Counted from the first letter of the stretch, positions 47,165 to 57,990 are shown. The stretch: DNA of 64,000 bases from Vulcanimicrobiota bacterium (GCA_963695225.1 OY968762.1:2752001-2816000), one strand, 5' to 3'. Notes: generated by a model from the sequence alone, not told the origin. Numbers and translations: made by a program.

Positions 47165-48601
47165 CTACTTATCGTCGTCGACCGGCGTGCCGGGCGGCGT
47201 GTGGATCGTCGTCTTCGAGGTCGCGACTTGGCGCTGGAAGTCTTGCACCAAGAGGCCGGCGATCGGCGGAATCGGTTTCTGGTTGTAATTGAACATGCCG
47301 GTGAGGTCGCCGGTGTTGAGATCCGCGGACTCGGCGTCCTGTTCGCCGAGCGACCCCAGACTGAAGTTGTCCTCGATGAATCGCACGATGCTGCCGAACG
47401 TGAACGGCACGTGCGAGACGAAGACCGGAGCGGCCGACGGATGGTTCGCATACGGGGAGATGACGATCAACGGAACGCGGAAGCCGTACGGCCGCCCCGT
47501 CTGCGGGTCGGTCGGCGGCACGACGTGATCGGCCCAGCCGCCCGAATCGTCCCAGGTCAGCACGATCGCCGAATTATTGAGATACTGGCAATTCGGGATG
47601 GTGTTGTACTTCGTCTGCAGCCACTGCAGGTAGAGCTGGCCGACCCAACCGGGGCCGCCTGCGGAGAGCGTCCCCGAGTGATCCGACGAGAGCGCCGGCG
47701 CGTTGACGAACGCGACCGAGGGGAGCGTGCAGTTTTGCAGATCGGTCGAGATTGCGTCGGGCGGGCTCACGACGTGCGATCCGAAATCGGGGCCGTAGCG
47801 CAGATGCCGGATCGCGCCGACGGCGTCGATGTTCCCGTCTTGCGTTCCGGGCGTTCCGGTGTAGTAGCGCCAGGAAACGCCCTTTGCGTCCAGCAGATCG
47901 CCGACGGTTCGATAGTCGTAGCACGGGAAGGCGCCCGGTCCCGCCGTGTTGTTCGGCCCGAACGTCGGGGCGAGCGCGTTTGCCGGCGCATCGCAGCCCC
48001 ACACGGAGGTCTGCGGATTGTCCGCCGCACCCGATTGCCCGGCGAAGATGAACTGGTGGCCGGGGAACGAGGCGGTCAGCCCCGAGGAAAACATCCGGTC
48101 GGCCGTCGCGTACGTCGCCGCGAGCGTGCTGTAGATGATCGTCTCGTTCGGCGGAACGTACGTCGTCGCAAAGCCTGGAATCGTGACCGGCGTAGAGCTG
48201 CCGAATTGGTACACCGGATCCAGGGCGAAGCCGTCGAGTTTGCCGTTATCCCATTCGGCGACGAGTTGCTGATAGGAGTGCCCCGGATCGATCGGGCTCG
48301 CAAGGCTTTGCCATGCGGCCGAACTCGTCGCTCCGGGGCAGTTCAGATCCATGCCGGGGAACGGCGTCCCCGCGAGCGACGGATTCACCAGCGCCGGGAA
48401 CGCGGTGCAGAAGAGATTGTCCGGCGTCCGGTTCTCCATCGTCACGACGATGATGTGGGCGATCGGACTGCCCGATATCTGCTGCCCGGCGGCCTGCAAC
48501 GGCGCCGGAGTGTACGACGTCGAGGATCCGCCGCAACCGGAGAGGACGGCACTGACGGCCCCCAGCATTATGGCAAGGCCCGCCTTCGACATGAAGCGCA
48601 C
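47165..48601 (-). CDS. Phosphoesterase (phospholipase C/AcpA family) lipoprotein
   Basis: Lipobox LSGC; HIIVVTMENRTPDN, SFPGH, TWDDSGGWADHV.PP, GFRVPLIVISPY. Confidence 0.9.
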   Translation of the reverse strand: MRFMSKAGLAIMLGAVSAVLSGCGGSSTSYTPAPLQAAGQQISGSPIAHIIVVTMENRTPDNLFCTAFPALVNPSLAGTPFPGMDLNCPGATSSAAWQSLASPIDPGHSYQQLVAEWDNGKLDGFALDPVYQFGSSTPVTIPGFATTYVPPNETIIYSTLAATYATADRMFSSGLTASFPGHQFIFAGQSGAADNPQTSVWGCDAPANALAPTFGPNNTAGPGAFPCYDYRTVGDLLDAKGVSWRYYTGTPGTQDGNIDAVGAIRHLRYGPDFGSHVVSPPDAISTDLQNCTLPSVAFVNAPALSSDHSGTLSAGGPGWVGQLYLQWLQTKYNTIPNCQYLNNSAIVLTWDDSGGWADHVVPPTDPQTGRPYGFRVPLIVISPYANHPSAAPVFVSHVPFTFGSIVRFIEDNFSLGSLGEQDAESADLNTGDLTGMFNYNQKPIPPIAGLLVQDFQRQVATSKTTIHTPPGTPVDDDK

Positions 48602-48739
48602 GCTCTGTACTCCTTCTCGAAAGAGCGTACAGGCGGTAAGCTAAGATGGCCTTAAAGCGCTGCGGCGGCGCTTAATCTTCGGTGCGCGGCCGTCCGCGCC
48701 GTCCGGGAGAGGACCTCCCCCGAAAGGATCGCATCGCAC

Positions 48740-49525
48740 GTGTCGACCGAACGCACCTGGCCGCACGCAGATATCGCGGCCGACCTGGCCGAACTGCGCC
48801 GCCTCGCCCCGTTGACGCATTGCATGACGAACATTGTCGCGGCGAACTTCACGGCGAACGTCCTGCTCGCCGCGGGCGCCTCGCCTGCGATGATCAACGC
48901 GATCGAAGAGGTGACGGAGTTCGTCGCGATCGCCCAAGGCCTGTTGGTGAACGTCGGCACGGTCACAGGGCCCGACGCGACGGCGATGCTGGAGGCCGCG
49001 CGCGCCGCCCGCGCCGCGAAGACGCCGTGGGTGCTCGATCCCGTCGCCGCGGGAGCGCTCCGTTTCCGCACGGGCGTCGCGACGGAACTCCTGCGCCACC
49101 ATCCGGCGATCGTCCGCGGGAATGCGTCGGAGATCCTGGCGCTCGCGGGAGCGTCCGGCGGCGGAAAAGGCGTCGATTCGACCGCCGCCTCCGCCGACGC
49201 GCTGCCCTCGGCGCGCGCGTTCGCCGAGCGCACCGGGGCCGTCGTCGCCGTCAGCGGCGTCGTCGATTTCGTCACGAACGGCATCGAGGTCTTCGAGATC
49301 CCGGGCGGCGACGCGCTTATGACGAAGGTGACCGGCGTCGGTTGCGCGCTTGGCGCGCTGATGGCGGCGATGCTCGGCGCGTGCGAGACGCCGTTGCGCG
49401 CGGCCGTCTCCGCTTCCGCGCTCTTCGCAGCCGCCGGCGCGCGCGCGGCGAAGGGCGCGCGCGGCCCCGGGAGTTTCGCGCCCGCGTTCCTCGACGAACT
49501 TTCGTCGCTCGGCCGCGACGCATAG
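48740..49525 (+). CDS. thiM: Hydroxyethylthiazole kinase
   Basis: [46 protein letters not shown]. Confidence 0.95.
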   Translation: MSTERTWPHADIAADLAELRRLAPLTHCMTNIVAANFTANVLLAAGASPAMINAIEEVTEFVAIAQGLLVNVGTVTGPDATAMLEAARAARAAKTPWVLDPVAAGALRFRTGVATELLRHHPAIVRGNASEILALAGASGGGKGVDSTAASADALPSARAFAERTGAVVAVSGVVDFVTNGIEVFEIPGGDALMTKVTGVGCALGALMAAMLGACETPLRAAVSASALFAAAGARAAKGARGPGSFAPAFLDELSSLGRDA

Positions 49526-49601
49526 CGCGGACCCGCACTCGCCCACGTTTCGCGCCGCCTCGACTTCGGCATAGCATAGCTATACGGATGAAGGAGATTC
49601 C

Positions 49602-50036
49602 ATGAGATTGCGGTTCATCGACGTGCTCCGGTGCCTCGCGTTCGGAACGGGCGCTTTCGCCATATCCGCTTGCGGCGGCGGCAGCACGACGCCGTCGGTC
49701 AACGCGTGTTACCCGGGCGTCGCGAGCGCCATCGTGACTCCCGCGAACGGCAGCTACGCGCCCGGCACGGGCCAAATCGTCATCGCGCTGGAAGCACGGA
49801 GCGACCTGCTCGGGAACAGTTGGGACCTCATCCTAAGGGACAACCTCGGAAGCCGCATCGAGACGAGCGCCCTCACGCTCATCGACGGCTCGTCGCTGCC
49901 GCATCCGTTCCCCGACACCGACTACTTCTACTCGACGACCGTCTCCGGCTTGCCCTCCGGCCGCGCGTGGAACATCTACCTGAACCAGTTCACCTCGACG
50001 TGCACGTCCCAGTACATCTCCACGTTCTCGAACTGA
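49602..50036 (+). CDS. Hypothetical lipoprotein
   Basis: AGGAG RBS, lipobox ISAC, beta-rich body with a Cys pair. Confidence 0.7.
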   Translation: MRLRFIDVLRCLAFGTGAFAISACGGGSTTPSVNACYPGVASAIVTPANGSYAPGTGQIVIALEARSDLLGNSWDLILRDNLGSRIETSALTLIDGSSLPHPFPDTDYFYSTTVSGLPSGRAWNIYLNQFTSTCTSQYISTFSN

Positions 50037-50040
50037 GCCG

Positions 50041-51318
50041 CTAAGGAGCGGCTTCGATCCGCTCGAACCCGCAGAACGGAACGAGCGCGGCCGGGACGCA
50101 CACGCTCCCGTCCGCCTGCTGGTGGTTTTCCAAGACCGCTACGAGCGCGCGCCCGACCGCGAGCCCCGAGCCGTTGAGCGTGTGCACGAACTCCGGCTTC
50201 GCTTTCGCATCCCGCCGGAAGCGGATCGCCGAGCGGCGCGCTTGGAAATCCGTGCAGTTCGAACACGAGCTGATCTCGCGGTACGTCTGTTGCCCCGGCA
50301 GCCAAACCTCGAGATCGTACGTCTTCGCCGCGTTGAAGCCGACGTCGCCGGCGCAGAGCGCCATCACGCGATACGGCAGTTCGAGTTCGGCGAGCAGCGC
50401 CTCGGCGTCCGCCGTCAGGCGCTCGAGCGCTTCGAACGAACGCTCGGGCGCGGTGAGCCAAACGAGCTCGACCTTCTCGAACTGATGCTGGCGGATCAGC
50501 CCGCGCGTATCCTTACCGGCCGCGCCCGCCTCTTTCCGAAAGCACGGAGAGAAAGCCGTGTATTGCAGCGGCAGCGATTCCGCCGCGAGGATCTCGTCGC
50601 GATGCAGCGCCGTCAACGGGACTTCGGCGGTGGGGATCATGAACAGATCGGCGTCGCCGTCGCGGAACATCGCGTCGGCGAATTTCGTCAGTTGCCCGGT
50701 CGCCCACATCGTCTCGCGCGTCACCAGGAGCGGCGGCGCGATCTCGACGTAGCCGCGTTGCGCGGCGCGGTCGAGGAAGAACGCCGCGAGCGCGCGCGCG
50801 AGCCGCGCGCCCTTCCCGCGCAGGACGGTGAAGCGGCTCCCCGAGAGCTTCGCCGCGCGCTCGAAATCGAGGATCCCGAGCCCTTCGCCGAGCTCCCAGT
50901 GCTGCTTCGGCGTAAAATCGAAGGCGGCGGGGGCGCCCGAGTTGCGAACTTCGACGTTGTCGTCGTCGCCCGCGCCGTCGGGAACCGTCTCGTCGAGCAG
51001 GTTCGGGACGTCCCCCAAGATCTCGTCGATCCGCGCTTCGAGCGGCGGCACTTCCGCTTGCGCGCGCGCGATGCGCGCGTCGAGTTCGGCGATCTGCGGA
51101 CGCAGGCGCTGCGCCTCGGCGGCGCGGTCGGCGGCCTTGGAAATCGAAGCGGTGAGGCCGTTCTTCTCGGCCTTGAGCCGCTCGCTCTCGGTGCGGGCGG
51201 CGCGCAGCGCTTTGTCGAGGTCGAGCACGCGATCGACGAATCCGGCGCCTGCAGGGCGGCGCGCCGCCGCGCTGCGCACTCGCTCGGGATCGCGGCGCAA
51301 TAATCCGATGTCTAACAT
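50041..51318 (-). CDS. serS: Serine--tRNA ligase
   Basis: MLDI.., IPTAEVP, FRKEAG, RQHQFEKVE, EISSCSNC, TLNGSGLA. Confidence 0.97.
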   Translation of the reverse strand: MLDIGLLRRDPERVRSAAARRPAGAGFVDRVLDLDKALRAARTESERLKAEKNGLTASISKAADRAAEAQRLRPQIAELDARIARAQAEVPPLEARIDEILGDVPNLLDETVPDGAGDDDNVEVRNSGAPAAFDFTPKQHWELGEGLGILDFERAAKLSGSRFTVLRGKGARLARALAAFFLDRAAQRGYVEIAPPLLVTRETMWATGQLTKFADAMFRDGDADLFMIPTAEVPLTALHRDEILAAESLPLQYTAFSPCFRKEAGAAGKDTRGLIRQHQFEKVELVWLTAPERSFEALERLTADAEALLAELELPYRVMALCAGDVGFNAAKTYDLEVWLPGQQTYREISSCSNCTDFQARRSAIRFRRDAKAKPEFVHTLNGSGLAVGRALVAVLENHQQADGSVCVPAALVPFCGFERIEAAP

Positions 51319-51407
51319 TACCGTTCACATTTGCCGCGCGCGCGCGTTCTCCGCGCGCCCTGGGCGAGCGGGGCCCACGGCCCGGCGGCGAAAGGTTCCC
51401 GGCCCTC

Positions 51408-52688
51408 ATGCGCGATTTCGTCCTGCCGCCGCCGACCGCGCCGTTCCTCCCCGGCGATCTCGTCGCGCCCGATCTCGCGGTTGCCCGATTCTTGCAGCGC
51501 ACCGCGCTCGCGGCTCCGCGCCGCGAAACGGTTCCGCTCGAGGATGCGCTCGGCCGCATCCTCGCTGAGCCCGCGCTCGCGCGCGAACCGATACCGCAAC
51601 ATGCCCGTTCGACGATGGACGGTTTCGCCGTCGCGAGCGAAGCGGGCGCGCAACCGCGCCGCGTCGTGGGCGAGATCCTGATGGGGCAAGCGCCGCCGCG
51701 CGCGATCGGCCCCGGCGAAGCGCTGCGCATTCCGACCGGCGGCGTGCTCCCCGAGGGCGCGGATGCCGTCGTCCCGTTGGAGGACGTCGAGGAATCCGGC
51801 GGCACGATTCGCCTGCGTGAAGCTCCCCCCGCCTTCGATTGCGTCACGCGGCCCGGCGCGGACGCCGCGCTGGGCGAAGAGGTGCTCCCGCCGGGGCGCC
51901 GGCTCGGCTCCGCCGAGATCGGCGCGCTCGCGACGCTCGGCGTCTCGCCCGTCCCGGTGTTCGTCCGGCCGCGCTTTGCGATCGTCTCGACCGGTGACGA
52001 GCTCGTCGATCCTTCGGCCCCGCTCGGTATCGGGCAAGTCCGCGATTCGAACCGCTTCGCGATCGCCGCCTCGCTGCGCGCGCTCGGCGCCGAAGCCGTC
52101 CATCTGCCGCGTTGCGCCGACACGCCCGAAGGCCTGCGCGCGGCGCTCGAGCGCGCGCTCGCCGAGCACGACGGAGTCGTTCTGAGCGGCGGCTCTTCCG
52201 TTGGCGCTCGCGACCTCGTTCCACGCGTCGTCGCCGGGCTCGGCACGCCGGGCGTCATCGTCCACGGTTTACGCGTGAAACCCGGCAAACCGACGATGCT
52301 CGGCGCGATCGGCGGAAAGCCCGTGATCGGGCTCTCGGGAAACCCCACCTCCGCGCTGCTGATCCTGGAAACGGTCGTGCGCCCGATCCTGGCCGCGTAT
52401 CTCGGCGCCTCCGAAGACGGGCCCGCGACGCTCGCGGCGGAGGCCGGCGCGCCGTTCGAGGGGCGCGCGGGGTGGACGCACTTCATCCCCGCCGCCGTCC
52501 ACCGCCGCGCCGGCCGGCTCGTCGCTTCCCCGCTGCGGATGCGCGCCGCGCTTGCGCTGCTGCTCGCGCGCTCGAGCGGATACGTCGTCGTCGGGCCGGA
52601 TCCGGGCCGGATCGAAGCAGGCGCGCCGGTGACGGTCGTCGCCTACGCGGGGAGCGGAATCCCGGTCCGCCCGGAGCCGAGCGCGTGA
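51408..52688 (+). CDS. moeA: Molybdopterin molybdotransferase
   Basis: RSTMDGFAV, IPTGG..PEGADAVV, STGDEL, RDSN, SGGSSVG, KPGKP, GNPTS. Confidence 0.93.
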   Translation: MRDFVLPPPTAPFLPGDLVAPDLAVARFLQRTALAAPRRETVPLEDALGRILAEPALAREPIPQHARSTMDGFAVASEAGAQPRRVVGEILMGQAPPRAIGPGEALRIPTGGVLPEGADAVVPLEDVEESGGTIRLREAPPAFDCVTRPGADAALGEEVLPPGRRLGSAEIGALATLGVSPVPVFVRPRFAIVSTGDELVDPSAPLGIGQVRDSNRFAIAASLRALGAEAVHLPRCADTPEGLRAALERALAEHDGVVLSGGSSVGARDLVPRVVAGLGTPGVIVHGLRVKPGKPTMLGAIGGKPVIGLSGNPTSALLILETVVRPILAAYLGASEDGPATLAAEAGAPFEGRAGWTHFIPAAVHRRAGRLVASPLRMRAALALLLARSSGYVVVGPDPGRIEAGAPVTVVAYAGSGIPVRPEPSA

Positions 52689-53791
52689 GGCCGAAGCCCG
52701 CCCGCGTCGTCGCCGCCGTTCCGCCGTCGCGGCCGTTCGTCGCGCCGGAAGAGCTGGCGCGCCGCGTCGGGCGGCGCGAACTGATTCGCTTGGGCGCGAA
52801 CGAGAGCGCGTTCGGGCCGCCGCCGGCCGCGCTCGCGGCGATGCGCGCCGAGGCCGAACGGGCCTCGTGGTACGGCGATCCGGAATCGGCGGAACTGCGC
52901 AGCGCGCTCGCGTCGCGGCACGGCATCGACGTCGACGAAATCGTCGTCGCCTCGGGGATCGACGAACTGCTCGGCCTCGTCGTGCGCGCCTACCTCGGAG
53001 ACGGCGAAGTCGCCGCCGCAACGCACGGCACTTATCCGACGTTCGGTTACCACGTCGTCGGATTCGGCTCGGGCCTCGCAACGGTACCGTACCGCGCCGA
53101 CGGGCGCGTCGATCTCGCGGCGCTCGCGCAGCTGGCCGGTCGCGAGCACGCGCGGATCGTCTACCTCGCGAATCCGGACAACCCCAGCGGCACGTTTGCC
53201 GCGGCTGCGGAGGTCGAAGCGTTTCTTGCCGCGCTCGGTCCGGAGGTTCTCGTCGTGCTCGACGAAGCGTATGCGGATTTCGTCGCCGCCGCCGATCTCG
53301 CGTGCACGAACGGGGATCCGCGCGTCGTGCGCATGCGGACGTTTTCGAAGGCGTACGGGCTCGCGGGGGCGCGCATCGGTTACGCGATCGCCGCGCGCGA
53401 TACGATCGCGATGCTCGGGAAGATTCGCCTGCAGTACGGCGTGAACCGGAGCGCGCAAGCCGGCGCGCTCGCTGCGCTCGGCGCGGCGCCGTTCGTTGCC
53501 CGCGTCGTCGCGGAAGTCACGCGCGGGCGCGCCGAATACGCGGCGCTCGGCGAACGGCTCGGCGTGCGCACGTTGCCCTCCGCGACGAACTTCGTCTGCT
53601 TCGATCTCGGCTCGCGCGCGCGGGCCGAGGCGCTGGTCGAAGCGCTGTTGCAGAACGGAATCTTCATTCGCAAGCCGGGTGCGCCGCCGCTCGACGGCTT
53701 CATCCGCGTGACGGTCGGCGCTCCGGCAGAGCGCGCGGCGTTCGCCGATGCGTTCGGCGCCCTGCTCGCCTCCCACCCGCCGGTGCGATGA
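52685..53791 (+). CDS. HisC-like class I/II PLP aminotransferase
   Basis: LGANES, ANPDNPSG, LDEAY, RTFSKAYGLAGARIGY; GTGA overlap. Confidence 0.88.
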   Translation: MRPKPARVVAAVPPSRPFVAPEELARRVGRRELIRLGANESAFGPPPAALAAMRAEAERASWYGDPESAELRSALASRHGIDVDEIVVASGIDELLGLVVRAYLGDGEVAAATHGTYPTFGYHVVGFGSGLATVPYRADGRVDLAALAQLAGREHARIVYLANPDNPSGTFAAAAEVEAFLAALGPEVLVVLDEAYADFVAAADLACTNGDPRVVRMRTFSKAYGLAGARIGYAIAARDTIAMLGKIRLQYGVNRSAQAGALAALGAAPFVARVVAEVTRGRAEYAALGERLGVRTLPSATNFVCFDLGSRARAEALVEALLQNGIFIRKPGAPPLDGFIRVTVGAPAERAAFADAFGALLASHPPVR

Positions 53792-54513
53792 GCGTCTCCA
53801 TCCTCTCGGATATCCATGGGAACGCCGAAGCGCTCGCCGCGGTGTTGGCGGAGGTCGCGCCCGGCAATGAGGTCTGGTGTCTCGGCGACATCGTCGGGTA
53901 CGGGCCGAATCCGAACGAATGCGTCGCCGCGATCGCCGCGCGCGCGCGGCTGTGCATCCTCGGCAATCACGAAGTCGCCGCGCTCGACGGCGTCGGCTTG
54001 GAGTACTTCAACGATTTCGCCGCCGAAGCGATCGAGTGGACGCAGGGCGTGTTGCGCTCGGAGCATCGCGCCTATTTGAACGGCCTCGGCTACGAGATTC
54101 GAGCCGACGACTTCTTGCTCGTGCACGGCGCTCCCGTGACGTACTTCGAGTACATCCTCGGCATCGACGATGCCGCGCACGCGTTCGCGGCGACCGACGC
54201 GCGCTTGATCTTCGTCGGGCATTCGCACGTCGCCGAAGCATACGCGCTCGAACGCGACGGCGGTATCGTGCACCGGCATTACCAGCGCGGGGGCACGCTC
54301 GCGCTCGAACCGGGGCTGCGCTACGTGATCAACGTCGGGAGCGTCGGTCAGCCGCGCGATTTGAATCCGGAGGCCTGCTTCGTGACGTTCGACCGCGCCG
54401 CCGGGACGCTCGTCTGGCGGCGCGTCCCCTACGACGTCGCCGCGGTCCGCGCAAAGATCGCTGCGGCGCACTTGCCCGATCCGCTCGGAAGCCGTTTGCT
54501 TTCCGGACGCTGA
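53788..54513 (+). CDS. Metallophosphoesterase (calcineurin-like)
   Basis: SDIHGN, LGDIVGYG, GNHE, HG, GHSH, NVGSVGQPRD. Confidence 0.92.
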   Translation: MSVSILSDIHGNAEALAAVLAEVAPGNEVWCLGDIVGYGPNPNECVAAIAARARLCILGNHEVAALDGVGLEYFNDFAAEAIEWTQGVLRSEHRAYLNGLGYEIRADDFLLVHGAPVTYFEYILGIDDAAHAFAATDARLIFVGHSHVAEAYALERDGGIVHRHYQRGGTLALEPGLRYVINVGSVGQPRDLNPEACFVTFDRAAGTLVWRRVPYDVAAVRAKIAAAHLPDPLGSRLLSGR

Positions 54514-54741
54514 GGCGCACCTAGGCTCGCGGACGAATCCTGCCGAAAGAAGAAAGTGAGTCCGCCACACCACCGAGGGCGATGTCACGAGCCCGCGCCG
54601 GCACGCATGGCTTGCGAATTGCCTTGTCGATATTCGGGAACCGAGGTTCCGTAGCTTGGACGAGCGACTCAGTAGAACCGGGCCTCGCACCGTCTTCCCG
54701 GAGCGCAGGCCGCTCCGGCGGCCCGCTCGGGACGCGATGCG

Positions 54742-56529
54742 GTGAAACGCGCCGCGGCCGCCGCGAGAAGGTCCGGCGGCCGGCCGCTCGCGCGGCGAGC
54801 CTTCTCGAAAGACGACGTGCTCCGCGCAGTCGATGCCGCCGTCCCGGCGATCATCTATACACGCACGGCGCGCGGGGATGGGTGGCACTACGCGTTCGTC
54901 GGCGGCCGGGGCGCGGAGTTGCTCGGGTTCTCCGGCGTGGGGCCTAACGCCGGCGCCGTGATCGATCCGGACGTCGTGTTCGAAGCCGACCGCGAACGTG
55001 TCGTCGCGTCGTACGCGGACGCGGTCTCCGCGGGGCGGGGGAGTTGGTCCGAGGAGTTCCGCGTCAAGGCGAAGGGCGGCGTGCGTTGGCTGCGTGCGGC
55101 CGTCGAGATCCGCGGCGAAGAGGGCCGCGAGGCGAGCTCTCTCGGCGTCTTGCTGGACGTGACCGAGGAGAAGCGCGCCGCCGAACGGCTCGCGCTCGTC
55201 CACGAGCGCGATGCCCTGACCGCGCTCTACAACCGGGATTACTTCGAACGGGCCGTGGCCCTTGCCGTCGAGCGCTACGCCGCGGAGAAGCGCCTGTTCG
55301 TCGTCGTGATCTTCGCGATCGACGATTTCTACGAAATCAACGACGCGCACGGCGTCGACGCGGGCGATCGCTTGCTGAAGCTCGTCTCCGGCGCGGCACT
55401 CGAAGCGGTTCGCGGCGACGACATCGTGGCGCGCCTCGGAGACCGGAAGTTCGGCATCCTGGCCGAGGTTAAGGAAGTCGATGAAGCGCACGCGTTCGGC
55501 CTGCGCATCCTCAACGAGATCGGCCGGCGCTACCGCGTGGGAACGAGCGAGATCGAGATCTCGCTGAGCGTAGGCTGCGCCCTTCCGACGCGTTTCGGCG
55601 CGAGAGCGACCGATCTGATGCACGATGCCGGGAGCGCGCTCGAGCGCGCCCGCTCCGAAGGCGGAGCCAAGTGCCGCCTCTACGCCGAGGAGATGACGGT
55701 CGAAAGCGTGATGCGCGTGACGCTGAAGGAAGGGCTTCGGGACGCGCTCGAGCGGAGTCAGTTCTCGCTCGTCTACCAGCCGAAGATCGATCTCGGCACG
55801 GGCCGCACGATCGGGTGCGAAGCGCTGTTGCGCTGGCGCGATCCGGTCCTCGGAGAACAGTCTCCGTCCGACTTCATCCCGATCGCGGAACGGTCCGGCC
55901 TCATCGTCCCGATCGGGGATTGGGTCTTCCGCGAAGCGTGCCGCCAATCGGTTGCGTGGACGCAGTCGGGCATGGATCTCATCCCGATCTCCGTGAACGT
56001 ATCGCCCGTGCAATTCGCTCGCTCGGACGTGCACAAATCGATCGCCGACGCGATGGCCGAGACGGGCGCGCCGCCCGGCTCCATCGACGTGGAGATCACC
56101 GAGAGCCTGCTCGTCGATTGTTCCGAGGCGTTGATCGGCGTGCTCGAGAGCATTCGCAGGCTCGGCTCGCAGATCTCGCTCGACGATTTCGGGACGGGGT
56201 TCTCGTCGATCAACTATCTCAAGCAGTTGCCGCTCTCGCTGCTCAAGATCGATCAGAGCTTCGCGCGCGGCGCGCCGAACTCGGCGATCGACGCGGCGAT
56301 CGTCCGCTCGATCGTCTACTTGGCGAACGAGCTCGGGCTGCGCGTGATCGCCGAAGGCGCCGAAACGGCCGAACAGGTCGGCTACCTGCGCAACGTCGGG
56401 TGCCATGAGATCCAGGGGTACTATTTCAGCCGTCCGCTCCCGCCCGCGAAGTTCGCGGCGTTCGTCGCGGCGAGCGAGCCCCCGAGAGTCCGCGGGCTGC
56501 GCCTCTCGCCGCGTTCGCATCCCTCCTGA
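54742..56529 (+). CDS. PAS/PAC-GGDEF(degenerate)-EAL c-di-GMP phosphodiesterase
   Basis: RLGDRKF in place of RLGGDEF; intact YQP..EALLRW, EITE, DDFGTG, KIDQ, EGAE, QGY. Confidence 0.9.
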   Translation: MKRAAAAARRSGGRPLARRAFSKDDVLRAVDAAVPAIIYTRTARGDGWHYAFVGGRGAELLGFSGVGPNAGAVIDPDVVFEADRERVVASYADAVSAGRGSWSEEFRVKAKGGVRWLRAAVEIRGEEGREASSLGVLLDVTEEKRAAERLALVHERDALTALYNRDYFERAVALAVERYAAEKRLFVVVIFAIDDFYEINDAHGVDAGDRLLKLVSGAALEAVRGDDIVARLGDRKFGILAEVKEVDEAHAFGLRILNEIGRRYRVGTSEIEISLSVGCALPTRFGARATDLMHDAGSALERARSEGGAKCRLYAEEMTVESVMRVTLKEGLRDALERSQFSLVYQPKIDLGTGRTIGCEALLRWRDPVLGEQSPSDFIPIAERSGLIVPIGDWVFREACRQSVAWTQSGMDLIPISVNVSPVQFARSDVHKSIADAMAETGAPPGSIDVEITESLLVDCSEALIGVLESIRRLGSQISLDDFGTGFSSINYLKQLPLSLLKIDQSFARGAPNSAIDAAIVRSIVYLANELGLRVIAEGAETAEQVGYLRNVGCHEIQGYYFSRPLPPAKFAAFVAASEPPRVRGLRLSPRSHPS

Positions 56530-56581
56530 CGGCGCGGCGCAACGGAGTTGCGTCCGTAGCGCCGAAGGGGTTGGGCCGATC

Positions 56582-57535
56582 ATGTGGACCTTCGCGCTGG
56601 GAAGCCTCACGCTCTCCGTCGCGCTTGCCGTCGCCTCCGGATCGAGCGTCGCCGCGGTAGCTGCGGCGCCGGCCTCCGGAAACGCCGTACGCGAGACGAA
56701 CGACTATGCGAACCGGGCGTTCTCGCAACCGCTCGCGGCCGGGCTGCGGCATTTCTACTCCCGAGATTTCAAAGCGGCGCAAGGAGATTTCGAGCGAGCG
56801 CTCGCGGTGGTCCCCGATAATGCGTTCGCGCTCTCGTTCCTCGGGGCCGCCGCCGCCCAGCAACCCGGCGCGCTCGACACGCTTGCGAACGTCGCGGAAG
56901 ACGCCGCAGCCGGGGCGCCCAAGAATTACGTCAACCGCCTGCGCTTGGGATTCACCTACGTGATCGCCTCGCTCGCCGGGCGCGACCGCTCGCAAGACGC
57001 GCGCGACGAGTTCAACGCCGCGCTCGCTCTCGCCCCGAACCGCCCCGCCGCGCACGTGGGGCTGGGCATCCTGCGCTTCTTGGAGCGCTCCGCGAATCGC
57101 GCGAAGGCCGAGTTCCTGGCCGCGCTCGCGCTCGATCCGGCCGACGTCCTCGCGCGCGAATACCTCGCGCTCCTGTATCAAAGCGACCTCCGCGACCCGC
57201 AGCGCGGGCTGACGTATGCGATCGACGTTCCCAACCTCGTGCCGGACTACGCCGATATCCGGTTCCACATCGGCTCCCTCTTGTACGATCTCGGGCAGCC
57301 TCAGGCGGCGCTCGAACAGCTCGAGGCGGCGCTCGCGCTCGATCCCGGCAACGTCGGCGAAGCGCAGCACGCCTACGCGCTGATCGCGCGCATCGAGCTG
57401 GGGCAACGCGACCTCGCAGGCGCGAAGAAGACGCTCCAGCGCTCGCTCGCGGCGAACGTCGATACGATCATCGCGAAGCACCTGCTCGAGAAGATCGAAC
57501 GCGGCGACTACGCGCCGCCGAAGGCGAAATCGTGA
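56582..57535 (+). CDS. Exported TPR-repeat protein
   Basis: Signal-like N-terminus; repeated ALA(L/V).P TPR ends. Confidence 0.75.
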   Translation: MWTFALGSLTLSVALAVASGSSVAAVAAAPASGNAVRETNDYANRAFSQPLAAGLRHFYSRDFKAAQGDFERALAVVPDNAFALSFLGAAAAQQPGALDTLANVAEDAAAGAPKNYVNRLRLGFTYVIASLAGRDRSQDARDEFNAALALAPNRPAAHVGLGILRFLERSANRAKAEFLAALALDPADVLAREYLALLYQSDLRDPQRGLTYAIDVPNLVPDYADIRFHIGSLLYDLGQPQAALEQLEAALALDPGNVGEAQHAYALIARIELGQRDLAGAKKTLQRSLAANVDTIIAKHLLEKIERGDYAPPKAKS

Positions 57536-57990
57536 ACGCGCGTCCGGCGGCGGAAGACGGGGTCGTCGACGACGGGCGCTGCTTCGCGTGCGGCCCGCTC
57601 AACCCCACGGGGCTCGGGCTGCGCTTCGCGCCCGCCGACGGCGGCGTCGAGAGCGCGGCGCTCATCCCGGCGCCGTACCAGGGGTGGCGCGGCATCGTCC
57701 ACGGCGGGATCGTGATGACGATGCTCGACGAAGGCATGGCGCACGCGGCGGGCGCCGCCGGGTATCGCGGCGTGACGGCCGAACTGACGGCGCGCTTTCG
57801 CGCGCCGGTCCCGATCGGCGAGCCGCTGCGCGTCACCGGCCGCATCGCGTGGCGGCGAGGGCGGGTCTTCGGGCTGGAAGCGAGCGTCCTCGCGGCGGAC
57901 GGGTCGGTCCTCGCGGAGGGGACGGGCAAGTTCGTCGAGCGCGGGCGCCTCGCGCCGGACGAGCGGCTGGGAGAACCGGATGGCCGGTAA
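57532..57990 (+). CDS. PaaI family thioesterase
   Basis: CFACGPLNPTGL, HGGIVMTMLDE. Confidence 0.88.
   Translation: MNARPAAEDGVVDDGRCFACGPLNPTGLGLRFAPADGGVESAALIPAPYQGWRGIVHGGIVMTMLDEGMAHAAGAAGYRGVTAELTARFRAPVPIGEPLRVTGRIAWRRGRVFGLEASVLAADGSVLAEGTGKFVERGRLAPDERLGEPDGR

Noticed and set aside
48602..48739. TPP riboswitch upstream of thiM
   Set aside because: No CTGAGA or CCTGA..GGAT/AATGC core motifs.
54514..54741. c-di-GMP riboswitch or ncRNA before the EAL gene
   Set aside because: No recognisable consensus or convincing stems.
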